A DNA stretch of 64,000 nucleotides from the NCBI GenBank assembly GCA_050273025.1, contig CP158636.1:7750001-7814000 (forward strand). The letters run 5' to 3'. Below the pieces are notes generated by a model. The model worked only from the letters and a program-made list of their open reading frames with translations, had not been told where the DNA came from and made no database searches. This stretch comes from Cenococcum geophilum (Eukaryota). Position 1 is the stretch's first letter. Every line of letters starts with the position of its first letter. Of this stretch, positions 49,454-62,647 are shown piece after piece. Position numbers and translations under genes: made by a program.

Positions 49454-51829
49454 TATAAACTATTAGTTATACAATTTAGGCTTATAAACGCATTAGCAAC
49501 GTTCTAGAAGTGTATTAATGATATATTAGGAGAACACTTAGATGAATTTATTATGGTATACCTTAATATTATTATTATCTACTTAATAATAGAGGAAGAA
49601 TATAGAGAACACGTTAAATAGGTCTTAAAGAGACTATAAGAAGAACAGATACTAGTAGTAATTAAGAAATATAAATTCTTTATAAGAAAGACATATTTTG
49701 TTAGATTTATTATTAAACTAAGCTAACTTAGTATAGATCTAAAGAAGATTAAGGCTATAGTAAATTGGTAGGAACCAGAGAACTTTATACAGTTAAGATC
49801 GTTCTTAGGGTTTTGCAATTACTGTCAAAGGTTTATAGCGCAATAATTAGCGAATACTAAGCTATTTACAAGGTTAACAAAGAAAGAGGAACTATAGGTA
49901 TAGGGAAAGGAGTAGAAGAAGCTATTTATGGAAGTTAAGGAGTTATTTACCTAGGAACTAATCCTTAAGATCTACTAACTAAAGTTAAAGATGGTTATAG
50001 AGATAGATGTATTAGACTTTGCACTAGGGGCGTGCTTCCTATAGAAATATAAAAATGGATAGCACCTAGTAGCATACTATAGTTGGAAGATAACACTACT
50101 AGAGTTAAACTATAACATCTATAATAAGGAGTTATTAGGTATAGTTACAGCATTAAAGGAATAGAGAGCATTTTTATAAGGCATAAAAAAACTATTTATA
50201 GTTAAAATAGATTATAAGAACCTAATAGGGTTTTTAATAACAAAAGAACTTAACCGGAGATAAGTTAAATGGGTAAAGATGCTTGCAAAATACTATTTTA
50301 AGATTTAGTATACTAAGGGTATAGAGAACGCATGAGTAGACGCTCTAAGTAGAAAAGCTAAACTATAAAACGATAGGAAGCTATTAGGGGCTTTACTGCA
50401 AAAAGATATAGACGGACTAATTAGGTACAATTATCCAAAGATTATAATAACTTAAGAAGAAAAGTTAGAAAGAATCTATAAGATATTAGAAAGCTTTTAG
50501 GTATAAAGAATTCTAAAAGCATAGCTAGAAGATCTATAAATAGATATATATAAGAACTAAGAAGTAAAGTATATCTTAAAGAGTATAGCAGAGCATTTTA
50601 TAGAAGATTTCTATAAGGGAATAACTTAAGGACACAACGGAGCTACGGGCTTAGTATTAAGACTTTAAGAGGAATATATTATTAATGGAATCTAGGGACT
50701 AGTAAGGAAAGTTATAAAGGAATATCTAGATTACTAAAGAAATAAACCAACGAGGTATAAGCCGTATAGAGAGCTATAACCTATTAAAATACCAGAGAAA
50801 CTATAGGAGGTTATATTATGGGACTTTATTATTAAGTTATTAAAGTTAAGAGATCTTATTACCGAATAAGATTATAACGCGATCTTAGTAATAGTAGATA
50901 AGCTTATAAAGTAGGGGTACTTTATAGCATACACAGAAGAAATCTTAGTAGAAGATATCGCTAGAATCTATATTAAAGAAGTGTTTATAAAATATAGAGT
51001 ACTAAGTAAAATTATATTGGATAGGGATTTAAGATTTATAGCAGTATTCTAGGAAGTATTCTTAGCGGAGTAAGGAGTTTAAGTAGTAACTTCTACCGTA
51101 TATTACCCGTAGACAGACGGTTAAACGGAAAGATTAAATTAGACACTAGAACAGTATTTAAGATATTATATTAATTATATATAGAATAATTAAGTATCGC
51201 TATTACTAGTTATATAGTTTATATATAATATAACACTATAAAAAGAAATAGGTATATTACTATTTAAGGCGAATTATGGATATAAGCTAAAAATATTATT
51301 ATTACTATAATAAGTGAAGAAAATGAGTAGCATAGTAAAGTAAAGAATGGAGACTTTAATAAATCTATATATAAACCTTATAGAGATAGCTAAAGTAGTA
51401 TAGTAAAAAATGGAAAAATACTATAACGCTAAGAGATCTAAGGGACTAGGTCTTAAGGAGGGAGATAAAGTATAGCTACTATATAAAAATTTCAAGAGTT
51501 AACAACCAAATAAGAAGTTAGACTACGTTAGACTAGGACCTTTTAAAATTATATAAAGAATTTCACTAGTTACGTTTAAGTTAAACCTACTAGCTAAAAT
51601 AAAGATCTACCCTATATAATATATCGCAATACTAGAGCTAGTATATGGGAATATTAAGCTACTAGTTTATAAAGCAGGCACGTATAGAGGATAAGAGGAA
51701 GATAAATAGCAAGTTTTGAAGATTATTAGTTATAAGGACATTGACAATAAAATATAGTATAAAGTAAAGTAAATAGGCTATAACGAGACTACCTAGGAGC
51801 TATTATAAAATTTTAAGAACGCTATAGGA

Positions 51830-52473
51830 AAGGTATAGGAGTATTAGAAGAAAATAGGTTAAGTAATATTAATAAAGAAGGATCGCCAAAGAATAAGCCA
51901 CCTAAGGGGGACTTAAGAGGAATGATTACCGAACTATTTAGAGTTATTTCCTTCCCTATTAAAAGAGAATCTGTTTTTTTATTGCCAAGTTCCTGCAAAC
52001 CTTATTCTATAAGTTTCCACTCCTTAAAACGAACCTTCTTACGCACTTTCTTAAGACGAAGCAGCTAAGTAGACGCCGTAATGCGAGTATCTAGGGCCTT
52101 CTGTTCCGTATCCCAAGAACGCTTAAGCTTAGTAAGGGCCTACGCTAGGTTACCGTCTAGCTTCGCAGCGACAGATTAAATATAAAACCCTATAACGAAT
52201 TACTTAGGGAACTTGGAGACTATTAAGAGTTATAGGACACGCATACTTAGCATTAGAAGTAGAACGAACATCGTAAGATAATCGGACGTTTACTTTCGTG
52301 CATTCTAAACAAGAGGAGGGTTACTAAGACAAAGGGCTCGCTAACGCAACATAAACTAACCCCTCTTTTGTATAACGAGAACGCGGAGACGATATAATCT
52401 TACCTAGCGATAATATTATAGTAACAGTGCGGGCACAACGTTGCGCGTACGAGAAAGAAGATGCTTTAGGTAT
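51830..52473 (-). pseudogene. Antisense spliced ORF in the Gypsy C 3' region: Zn2Cys6-like finger plus coiled coil
   Basis: De-RIP consensus with the copy at 63181+: SPCSRCxKEGLVCVALASPLSRQPSSCSECTKANVRSSC; intron ~52247-52191; exon 2 ...ASARLLRLEKVR... Confidence 0.65.
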
Positions 52474-52581
52474 AATAAGCAACAACGTTAACTAAATTAA
52501 TTAAACGAATATTACACCTCTAGTAAACGACTTGGAGATACTAGGAATCTTTAAGGACGAAGATAAAGAGAAGGGAGATAG

Positions 52582-53003
52582 TATTATAGACGCTTTAAGT
52601 ATAATATTACGACTACTTAGGGAAGAGTTAGAAGAAGCTAGTTAGTTAATATAAGCATAGTCTAGAATGGAGCCGGTAGAACTATATAACGAGGAATAGT
52701 AAATAAAGTTACATAATATACTATATAGGGAACGAGAGGAATAAGAGGAACTTACGTACCTTATATACTATACGTACATTATATATAAAGAGGGTTTCTT
52801 AGGAGTACGGTTATGTATTTAAAGGACTATAGTCCCTACCTAGATAGTTCCTTCTTTATAGTAATTCTTAGAATATAATTAGAGTTAATCTATTAGGCAA
52901 CTACTCCACCAGTTGTTATTACGTTGTTAACTTCCTTATATTACCTATACACCTAGCCTATTAACAGAACCCATTATAGTACCTACTATAAGGTTCCGTT
53001 ACA
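52582..53003 (+). repeat. 3' LTR of Gypsy C
   Basis: tattatagac...ggttccgttaca; inverted homologue at 62648-63072. Confidence 0.9.
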
Positions 53004-54412
53004 CTTAGGACTATACTTCTCTTAAATATATTAAGGTAAACTTTATATAAAGCTTATAGAAACTCTATCTTATTAAAATCTATATAGCTATTTTAAAAGG
53101 CCCTAGCTATAGCTTACCCGTACTAGTGCTTATATAGCTAAAAAAAACTATAATATTAAGAGGCTAATAGATATGTGTTATATACGGAATTATAGCAAAT
53201 AAGACAATTAGATAGTTATCGCAAAACTATATAAATTGCCTAGTAAAATGGCTGGTGTAGCTATCTAGGATAAGGAGTTAATTTTTACTAATTTAGCGCT
53301 TTTTAGACCACTATTTAAAGTAAATAGCCCACTTTAATAGTAGCTAATTGTTAATATATGCAGTATCTGTAAGCTTTGCAGTGTAGGTATTAAACGAGCA
53401 ACTTTATTGTAAATCTATGGAAATCAAGTGGTATAAATACATGAAAGTAGACCCCGAACTCCGAAGCCCATAACTTATTTTAAACGTATCCGAGACATAC
53501 GAGGGTAGTGCTGACGCAGGTGAAACAGGGTAATATGCAAGGTCCGGTAGTCGGTTACAGTATCGCTTACTCCTAGTAAGTAATTGCCTAGTAGCTTATC
53601 TATTTATATACACTAGCGCTTTTATATAGTTTTACCTACTAGAATAACAAGCGGAGGCCCTATGGCTCTATTACTGGAAATTACTTCTATAACTATAGCT
53701 AATTTGCAGCTAGTATCCTTTACAGCAGTAATTTAAAAGGCCTTTAAAGCTATAATTACTTTCTCTTTCTTACCTGCGCCTAGGCGTATACCCGTTTTAT
53801 TATAATTATATATATCTCCTACTATAATTTTATAAAGCCCCACTACGCAATTATAGTCCTCGTACCAGCGTAATAGCGCTATTAGATCTTCTACCGCCTA
53901 TCTTTTCAGCTCCTTAGGATTCTTAGTATATAGACTAAATTTAGGGTGGCGCTTAAGGAATCTGTTGGTCCAATAGCTGCTATAAAGTAGTGCTTCTTCT
54001 AGGCCAGTGTAACGCGATCTAAGTATACAATTACACTCCCACTTAAGCTCTTAGACTATTACACGCGTTTTAAGCATATTACGGCGATATAGCTATATTA
54101 AAAGGCCCTTCTCCTTATATAGAGTAAGTAGTAGGTTATAAGCTAGTAGTCCAGGCTATACAGGGAGTCTATTAACACGATTCTTAACGCGGTCGTATTT
54201 GGCACAGAAATAGCGCGTAGTAGCAGCAATAGAAGGAAACTTATTGGCTGTATAGGCAGCAAAGGCCTTTTAGACCTTAGCCTCATCTTTAAGAGAATTA
54301 TTACAGTTTAAAGTTCAAAGTTGTTTTCTGGGTTCCTTAGTAGGCTGTGCACCGTACTGGCAGCCACCTAGCTAGCGAGGTAATATTAGTTAAGTTTACG
54401 AAACCAAAACGT
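53004..54412 (-). mobile_element. pogo/Fot1-type transposon, 5' part (CENP-B HTH and DDE_1), truncated at the Gypsy C LTR; outer end approximate
   Basis: FPSIAATTRYF HTH (~54240), IYNYNKTGIRLG (=YNYDETG, ~53800), LLILDSYTSH...THIY*PLNI (=LDGHTSH...QPLDV, ~53155-53280). Confidence 0.85.
53368..53559. mobile_element. Solo LTR (192 bp) inserted in the pogo transposase
   Basis: TGTAA...TTACA ends; 5-bp TSD gtatc (53363-53367, 53560-53564); removing it restores GVSDTAYIN in the transposase. Confidence 0.88.
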
Positions 54413-54420
54413 CACGGGTA

Positions 54421-54755
54421 GAGATTATAGATATCTAATTTATTCATTTACCCAACGGGCTATTATTACCAAAAGTCTATACATTATTTTTAAGGCTAAG
54501 TACTACTAAATAGTATAGATTTTATAATACGGCTATTACCTAGTCCTAATATTAATTTCGTTAAAGTTAAAAAACGTTTTATTAAAAGTATAAGCATATA
54601 TTATATCTTATTAAATAGTCCACTAATATTAATAAAATTATACAGATCTATAGATATCTACTACTTAAAGTTATTGTAACACCTAGTAGGTACTATAGTT
54701 GGGTCCTTTCTTAAAAATATCCTCCCTTGGCCCGGAGTGCCTCTGCTACTACTAG
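54421..54755 (+). repeat. 335-bp copy of the terminal region of the RecQ-bearing element (probable non-autonomous derivative)
   Basis: Colinear with 58915-59249; both start at gagatt. Confidence 0.85.
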
Positions 54756-54769
54756 GGGGTAAGCTTTGG

Positions 54770-55210
54770 GCAGAGCCTCGTGTAGAGCCTAGCAGAGCCT
54801 CGTGCAGAGATTCGTGCAGAGCTTTATGGAGAGCTTCGTGCAGAGCCACGTGCAGGCGTGCAGACGTGTAGATCTGCAGACATGCAGACGTTCGTACGGG
54901 CGATCAATTGCAGAGACGTTTGTAGAGACGATTGTATGGGCAATTAATCGATTGATTGTATGGGCGTTCATACGGGCGTTCATACGGGCGATTGTATAAC
55001 CTTCCTAGTATATTAGTGCTGCGTGTTAGTAGAGCTTTGGAGCTCTATATAGGGCTTCGAGCAGAGTCTCGAGCTTCGAGCAGAGCTTCGTGCAGAGCTT
55101 TTGCAGAGCTTTTGCAGAGCTTTGGTAGAGCTCCGTGCAGAGCTCCGTGCAGGTCTCCCCCTGAGCTTCGTTCCGCAGAGCTCTCGCAAAGCTCCACAGC
55201 TCTACGCAGA
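54770..55210. repeat. Arrays of degenerate 12-bp repeats (gcagagcttcgt and atgggcgattgt types)
   Basis: Visible 12-bp periodicity; explains the low-complexity ORFs in the track. Confidence 0.85.
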
Positions 55211-56380
55211 GGGCTGGCGGCGTGGGCGCAAGCGTTCAGCGTTGGTGTTTACTGAGCGGCTCAGCAGCGCAAAGGTAGAATTAGGGCCTCTACGGCGACG
55301 AATTCCTCTTAGCATCGCGCGCGTCTAGGGAGCTAAAGATCTCATAACTTATAGAGTACGCTTTTCTCTATAATTTGGTGTAATTTTTATGTCGACAGGT
55401 ATTATGGGAGGGTAGATTAATTTTATTAAAGTTAATAAGGTCTTCTCATATCAACAGTGTTTAGGTTTTCTATAAATCTCGCCAAAGTCCCTTAGACCAA
55501 GAAAACGATTACGGTCCTAAATCAGCTTAGCGGACGGTGCGGATATTTCTATAGCCGCAATCGATTTCTTGGTCTGAGCTTCTAAGGTAATTGATCGTCT
55601 GGGACCGAGATAAACCCCGCGCGCCTCAGGTGTGGCTTACGAAGTAATTTGACATGGGTTATCAGATCGCCCAGCCTGTGGCTGTTAGGGCTGTGGCTGC
55701 GCGTAAGTCCTTGCGTGCCAGTGCAGGCCGAGATGGCAAGGGAAGGCCAGATAAGCGCCAACGTACTCAAAATTATCCTGTTCACGACCTCACACGTCCA
55801 TAGCTTGCACACCTGCTACGTGCTGAAGCAGCATGGCTTGGGTCTTCGTGCAAGGAACATACGAACATACGCTTCGGGCCTCCGCGACCTTCGTCTCGCT
55901 CTTTTGAGTCTGATCCTTCGCTAATGTTGACGCAGGATTTCCGCTTCGAACCTCGTCAGCCTTTCACCTCGCCAACCAAGGTTGATGCCACCGGTTCATT
56001 AGTAGCCTTCGCGCCTCCCCCAGACGCTCTCGGGCAGTAGACAAAAGCAGCAGTTTTGCATAAAAAGGGATAGGTCAGAGTCTCTATTATGATGTCGTTG
56101 TTTTTTTGGTGTTGGGTTATAGGACCTCTTGTTATTCGCGTCAGAACGCGTCGACTCTGCTGCGGCTTCATACCGTTCTTTCAATTGGCTACTAGTGGCT
56201 CCACTACTAAGCGAACCCCTATTTCTCCAGCATCAATGCGCTGCTGCAATAAGGGCCGGCAATCATATAAGGGATGCAAGCTTGCAATACGCATGGGGGA
56301 CAACGGTTGGCGGATGTCCAAGTCGCAGGTCTCGAGAACTGTGCTTGCATCAACACCAAAGGTCTTTCAGCGTCGACAGG

Positions 56381-57944
56381 ATGGAGGCATTACGGCGCCT
56401 ACTCGGAGCGTCTCCCGCACGACGTCTACCGCCGCCGGTTGAGAGCGACGATGTCTACCCCGTTCATATGCTAGACGACACCAAGACGCTCCGGAGCATC
56501 GTCGTCACATGGACGCTGTGCTTCAACGACGTGCTGGATACGGACAATCTCCACGCCTCGCTGTCAAGACTGCTAGAGATTGGAGACTGGAGGAAGGTCG
56601 GCGGTAGGTTGAGGTTAAAAGTAAGCTTCTTATTTGATATCTGCGACTGATCAATCCGGTCAATAGCTGTTGACTCACGCTCGTTAGGAGAATGGAGAGT
56701 TAGAGATTCATGTCCCACGGCCCTTCACAGCGGAACGTCCTGCTGTGTCCTATACTCACCAATCCCTGGCCATGGATATCGAAGACCATCCGCTGGCAAA
56801 GACCCTCCCTAAAGCCACTGAGGCCCCGTCCATCCAGTCTGGGCCCCAGGCCTTTCGAACCTTTGCGGCTCGGGAAAATGCGCCGGAGACGCTCGAGGAC
56901 TTTGCCTACACAGACGCGCCCCAGCTGTCGCTCTACATCACTTCGTTTAACAACGCGACGCTGGTGGCGCTCTCATGGCCACACACACTCATGGATGTAA
57001 TGGGCCAGCAGGCCCTCCTGCATGGCTGGTCTCTGGTGCTAGCTGGGCGGGAGTCGGAAGTGCCGCCTATGCTCGGTGCGCGAGAGGACGCGATCCGTGC
57101 AGCCACAGACGCGCCTATGGAGAAAGAGGAGGAGTACAGCCTGGGGCAGAAGCGGCTGAAGGGATGGGCTATGGCCATGTTCGGGATACGATTTGCCGGG
57201 GATCTGCTGCGGAACCGGGTCGTCGAGACGCGCACCATCTTCTTACCAAAGAAGGTAGTGGCCGAGTTGCAACGCCAGGCGCAGGGCGACCTGGCCGCTC
57301 AGGATGATGGGGCGGAGAAGCCTTTTATCAGTGAGGGCGACGTGCTGACGGCGTGGACACTGCGCGCGGTGGTTTCCTCCCTGCCGCAGCCGCGGCCAGT
57401 GGCGGCGCTTCACGCGCTCAATGCGCGATTTCGACTCTCGTCGCTAGTCCAAGCTTCCGGTGTTTATATCCAGAACATGGCGGTGGCAGCCTTCACTTTC
57501 GTATCTCCCGAGATCGCAACAGGACCTCTGGGGCATATTGCTCTAGAGAACCGGCGTCATCTGATGGAGCAATCGACTGAGCCTCAAGTGCTGGCCTACC
57601 TGCGCGAGCTACGACGGGAACAAAAGTCTGGCAGCGACCCGGCCTCAATGTTGTACTGCGAATCCAACGCCCTGCTAATGCCCTTCACCAACTGGACCCG
57701 GGCCAACTTCTTCAAGACAGCCGACTTTAGCCCCGCACTTGTGCGTGCCGGCGAGACAGGACAGTCGAGAAGCAACCCGCCCGGCACTATGGTGTTCCAC
57801 CACGCGCAATCGATGCGACAGAGCCCAACGGCCAGGAATGTGATCGTGGTGCTAGGCAAAGACCACGACGATAACTATTGGCTAACCGGGACTCTACTGC
57901 CCCCAGCCTGGGCCAAGATCGAAGAGGACCTAAAAAGAATGTGA
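56381..57944 (+). CDS. CoA-dependent acyltransferase (HxxxD transferase/CAT-like fold), 498 aa, 2 exons (56381-56620, 56688-57944)
   Basis: ATG 56381 MEALRR...DDVYPVHMLD...WRKVGGRLRLK; intron gtaagc...ttag 56621-56687 joins in frame; SWPHTLMD (HxxxD), ISEGDVLTAW, FTNW...ADFS; no RIP signature. Confidence 0.9.
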
Positions 57945-58614
57945 GAATAACGTTCATGGGGCGAAGACGGAAACATACGATATAGTAAAGGTTTAGCGAT
58001 TGAGCGCTTAGAGAGACAGTAGCTGCGCCACTCTGGGCCACTAAGCAGCAAGGACTTAATTATTATTGTGGCTAAACGATAGGCTGTTTCTTCGAGCGAC
58101 AGGCACTGGGATCGAAGCTAGAGCCAATATGGCAAAGCCTTTGCCAAGCTCTGAAAGGGGGCGCGTGGGATGAAAATGTCCGAATAGAATATAGGGTTAC
58201 AGTACAACATCTTAAGATTACATAACGATACCGCTATGTCCGCTTTTGTCGCTGTAGCTTGCCGCATGTACCGACCTCCGTGGCGGATTTGCATTTTGCA
58301 CCACGTCCATAATTGATGATAGTTTAGAAATGTTGTATAGAGTATCGCATGCTTCAAAGCATCAATTATCTTAGTTTTAAGCTAGCGATAAGTTGAGATG
58401 GCGTTGTTCTATCAGAACAGTGATGGCAATAATCAGTTAGTTAGTTACGATTATGTTGTATTATATAGAAACATAACCAACCTAATCATAATCACACCTG
58501 CTGATTATGTTATGTAGATATAACTATATAATCAACTGCGGAAATAGCGGAAATAAAAAGAGGAGGAGGCAGAGCTTTAGGGGGGAGCTCTGGGTAAAGC
58601 TCTAGGGCAAGTGT

Positions 58615-58656
58615 GTTATCTACACGTGATAACTCACGTGTAGATAACTTCACGTG
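58615..58656. promoter_or_regulatory. Perfect 15-bp inverted repeat containing CACGTG E-boxes (three in 36 bp)
   Basis: gttatctacacgtga-taac-tcacgtgtagataac, then cacgtg at 58651. Function is inference only. Confidence 0.45.
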
Positions 58657-58914
58657 GAGGCCCGTGCCTAAAAGACGTAATTAATATAACTATATAACCA
58701 AATCAGAATCACTTTCTTTGATTATATAATAATCGGAATCATGGGGCTGATTTTATCTCGGTCCTAGACGATCAACCAATTATAAGCTGCTTACATAACA
58801 GATTAATCATCTTATATTGTTGTTGTCTGGTACTTACCTCAGCGAGCTTAGACGCGATTTTTTAGCTAGCATCGGAATAACCTACGCCGTCTTCCGAATT
58901 GCAAAATTACGTCT

Positions 58915-61900
58915 GAGATTGCGGATATCTAATTTATTTATTTACACAACGCGTTATTATTAAACCCCGTAGTTACTTTTTTTTTAAGACTTAGGGCTTC
59001 TAAATAGTATAAATTTTATTATACGGCTACTACTTAGTCCTAATATTAATTTCGTTAAAGTCAAAAAACGTATTATTAAAAGCCTAAGCATATATTATAT
59101 CTTATTAAATAGTCTACTAATATAGATAAAACTATATAGATATATAGATATCTACTACTTAAAGCTATTATAACACCTAATAGGTGCTATAGTTAGGTCC
59201 TTCCTTAAAAATATCCTCCCTTAGCCTAGAGTGCCTCCACTATTACTAGACGCTATATCCGTATAGAAAACCACTATAGCTTAGAAGAAAAACACTAGTC
59301 GTTGGGGTCGGAAGACTATAGTTAAATGGGAACGCTAGTAGGTCTCGCGGAGCTCGTAAAAGCTAGATAATCGTATATGGGAGGATCTTACGTCCCTAGT
59401 AGAGAGGCAGTTATGGGATATATAAGATAAGCTTCTGGCCTTACGGGAGGCAAGTAAGGATAAATAGTTAAGCGCGATAGATAGAGCTATTAAGCTTCTA
59501 TATCCGTACAACGGACGACCTAGTTAAATTAAGGTGTTAAGATGGGTAATATATAGGTGGAGGGACTTGTTTCTAGCGGCGAAGATATTATAGGGTAAGA
59601 GTATAATAATATAGGCGATTCTATTATTGGTTCGAGCTTCCGTTACTATTATTATATTGCCTCTAAACGCAATTAGAGAGGAGCAGCTGTTAAAAATATA
59701 GGCTATTTTAGGAGTAAATCCCGTATTTATATATGCGGATATCCTAAAATATATTAAGGCGGGTCGGTTTATATATGTTCTAGTATTACTAGAGTTACTA
59801 TTAAGTAAACGGTTCCACTATATCCTTACTCAGCCCGCTTTTCGCTCGCATATTTCCTTAGTTATAATTAATAAGTATTATCTAGTTACCAACTAGGGTA
59901 AGAGCTTCCGGCCCTATTACGCACAGCTCTTTAAGGTTTAATCACTACTTAGTCTAACAGTGCCGTAGTTTATATATACTATAATACTTAATAAGGAGAT
60001 ATATGTAAAGGTAATAAAGCTAGTAGGGTTTTATTAGAGTATAACGGATTTTAAATAAATAGATATTAATTGGCCCGACCTATCTATTATTAGGGGCTAT
60101 ATTAAGAGGAGGGATAAGAATAATTATAAGGCACTATTTTTTATTATTAAAGAGGCATTTAAGGAGGCGGTAATAGAGGAGGATTATATATCTGTGACCC
60201 TTAGCCAGATATCCGCAGGGTCTAAAAAAATATCCGTATTATCTAGCCAAACGCCCGTAGTGCCTAGTAGGATATCCGCTACCTCTATTTATTAATTAGT
60301 CGGGCGGATCTAAAATCTAGTAGGAGGTACTGTATAGCTAAAGGGACGGAAGGTTTTAAGTCCTAAATTAATTCCTAAGATAATTATCTTTTTTTATGCT
60401 AAAAATTATATCCGTGGGTATATAAATACTATTCGTTTATAGCTTATAACTAAGGGCTATACTATAAAGCAGGCCAAAATAGCAGTGCGGAGTTATTATA
60501 TAATATTATCTAAATCTAATAAAAGTAGGGAGTATTAAAATTTTTATACAAAAGACTTACCTACCCGCATTCTTATTATGTTGGACGCCCTAGCCTATAG
60601 TGCGGATATTCTAGATATTATCTATTCTATTATATATGGTTACCATCCTAATAAAAGCCTAAATATAATACTGTAGTAATTTAGACGGGCTGCTTAACGC
60701 GATAGTATTACCGGATATATAATTATCCTTATTAAAGACTGGTATAAGGGTGCTCTTATGGATATTACACCGCTAAAGCAAAAGTCTTAAAAACCTATAG
60801 CCTCTCTATCTACCCGACTCGGTCATAACTTTATTACTATTAAGATGGCGATATAGGAGGATGGGGTAGCGGATTTCGCCAGCGATCTAGCTTTATTCGT
60901 TATAATTAATAGTAATATTATCTTGCAGGTATCTGCTTAGGAGGAGGAGGATTAAATACTTAATAAGAATATAACATTATTAGCCCTACCAATTAAGTAT
61001 ATAGAAAAATAAAAGAGGGTGAAGACTAATATAGAGAAACGGGCGGTACTTCTAGATATATTATATGAGCTCGCAAATAAAGCTACTGGATGTCTATGTA
61101 ATATTCTGCTTAAGCCATATAAGGAGACAAGTCCGTTATCTAAAGGTCTATGCTGTTGCTTTAATTACAATAATTTGTTATAGGCTTATAAAGAGTATGA
61201 TATTGTTACACTATATACTAGGAATATTGCGAAGAGTAAGTACTTAAAGGATCTATTTGTAAGTGTTAAGAAGTGGATTAAAGGATAGCTTAATATAATA
61301 TACTAGGATGCAGTTTAGAGTCTAATTTCTAGTTATATTATATTTAACAATTAAATCCGCGTGCTCTATATTTAACCTCCGCTAACTTATAAGGGCCTTA
61401 AGCGGATATTACCCGAATAGGATTACAGCTTCTTAGGAGATAAAGTAGACACGCTTATCCGCTTTATTTATAAGGAAGAAACGTAATACTTTAGTACTAG
61501 TGTTTTATAGGCTATATCGCAATCTAGTAGACGTGTTGCTATATCTAGAAGCTCGTTATAGACGCCTCTACTATTAGTGGGTTAATAGGGACCTATTAGT
61601 ATATTAACTATAAAGAGTGCTAGTCTTAATTAACCGTTGTAAACCGAAGTATTACCGCCCTTATAGCTATTATTAGCATCTAGCTCGCAAACTAATATAA
61701 CTAAGTCTTAAATATCTTAGCTTGCATTAACCTAAAACTTATAGGCGAACTGGTCCTAGACTATATATGCCACTCTATTACAGTTATCTTAATGGCTAGA
61801 TGTTTAATATCCGTATACTCTAGATACATAGCTACCCACTTAAAAATTATCTGGTATATATCTATAGAACCCTTAACTTAACCTTTAGCATCCTAATAAC

Positions 61901-62647
61901 TCCCTATAGCGCCTTTATTATTCTTAACAGCTTTTTAATATAGCTCCGCACCATCCTTACGATTCTCTGCTACCTTAGTTTATATCTTAGAACCTAGGTA
62001 TTAATCTATAGTATAGCCTTTAAGCTCCGTAGCAAAAGTCTAATAGTATTATTAGCTTGAATATAGGTGGCGCTAGTTTATAGCGTAGTGTTCGATCTCC
62101 GCAGCGATCTCTACGTGCGGTTATTACGAATTAACGTGGCCTTATTAATAATCCTACTGGCAATAGTCTATTGTTAGTAGCAATCTGCGGTAATTTAGTA
62201 TTAACGGCGACGGCAAACTGCCGCATTATAGCACCCTTTATAGTAACTTAGCAGCAGGATACTAAAAGGGAATTAGCCTATATAGCGGGTGTGGATGGAT
62301 ATCTATAGGGTCGGTGTAGTGGTTCGGCAGCTTATTTATTAACTTAGGCTTATCGCTTATAGCAGCTTTTAAATAGTTCGTCTAATTAATTATATATTAG
62401 TGCTTAATAACTATATACTTCGCCTAGTGGCTCGCTAGTATAGTTAGAAAGCTTATTCTAACGCGTAGACTTACGGGCTAATATATTAGCCACTATAGAG
62501 TTAGCTCTCTTCTAGCCGGCAGAATTAACTAGAGGTAAATTTAGCACTTCCTACCGCTCTGCTTAAGTAAGAAGTACTACCTTTACTTATATAGCTAGTG
62601 CTAATACGACTCTAAACCAGTCTCTTTAGCTAATCCTCCCCTCTAGT
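58915..62647 (+). mobile_element. Putative helicase-encoding DNA element with RIP'd RecQ-like SF2 helicase (ORF from ~59255), cut by Gypsy D
   Basis: AKIL*GKS (=motif I AKTSWGKS), ILPLNAI (Ia), VIINKYYLVTN*GKSFRP (=DECH...WG..FRP), ALAYSADILD (V), FRRAA (VI), Cys cluster ~61090-61170; terminus duplicated at 54421. Confidence 0.7.

Larger units (their letters stand above)
43582..53003 (+). mobile_element. Ty3/Gypsy chromovirus C, 5'-truncated (no 5' LTR), interrupted by a Tc1-type transposon
   Basis: gag from ~43600, CCHC ~44150, protease VDSRV (~46155), RT split at 47010/49454 with VYLNIII (~49555), RNase H, IN, chromodomain ~51700; PPT agagaagggaga; 3' LTR 52582-53003. Confidence 0.92.

Noticed and set aside
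54661..56380. Short ORFs upstream of the acyltransferase
   Set aside because: Derived from 12-bp repeats or lacking recognisable motifs; likely non-coding.
58418..58830. hAT-type MITE starting cagtgatggc
   Set aside because: No matching right TIR or 8-bp TSD found.
59255..62647. Telomere-linked helicase marking a chromosome end
   Set aside because: No TTAGGG arrays in the window and the element has a duplicated terminus; cannot be supported here, though not excluded.
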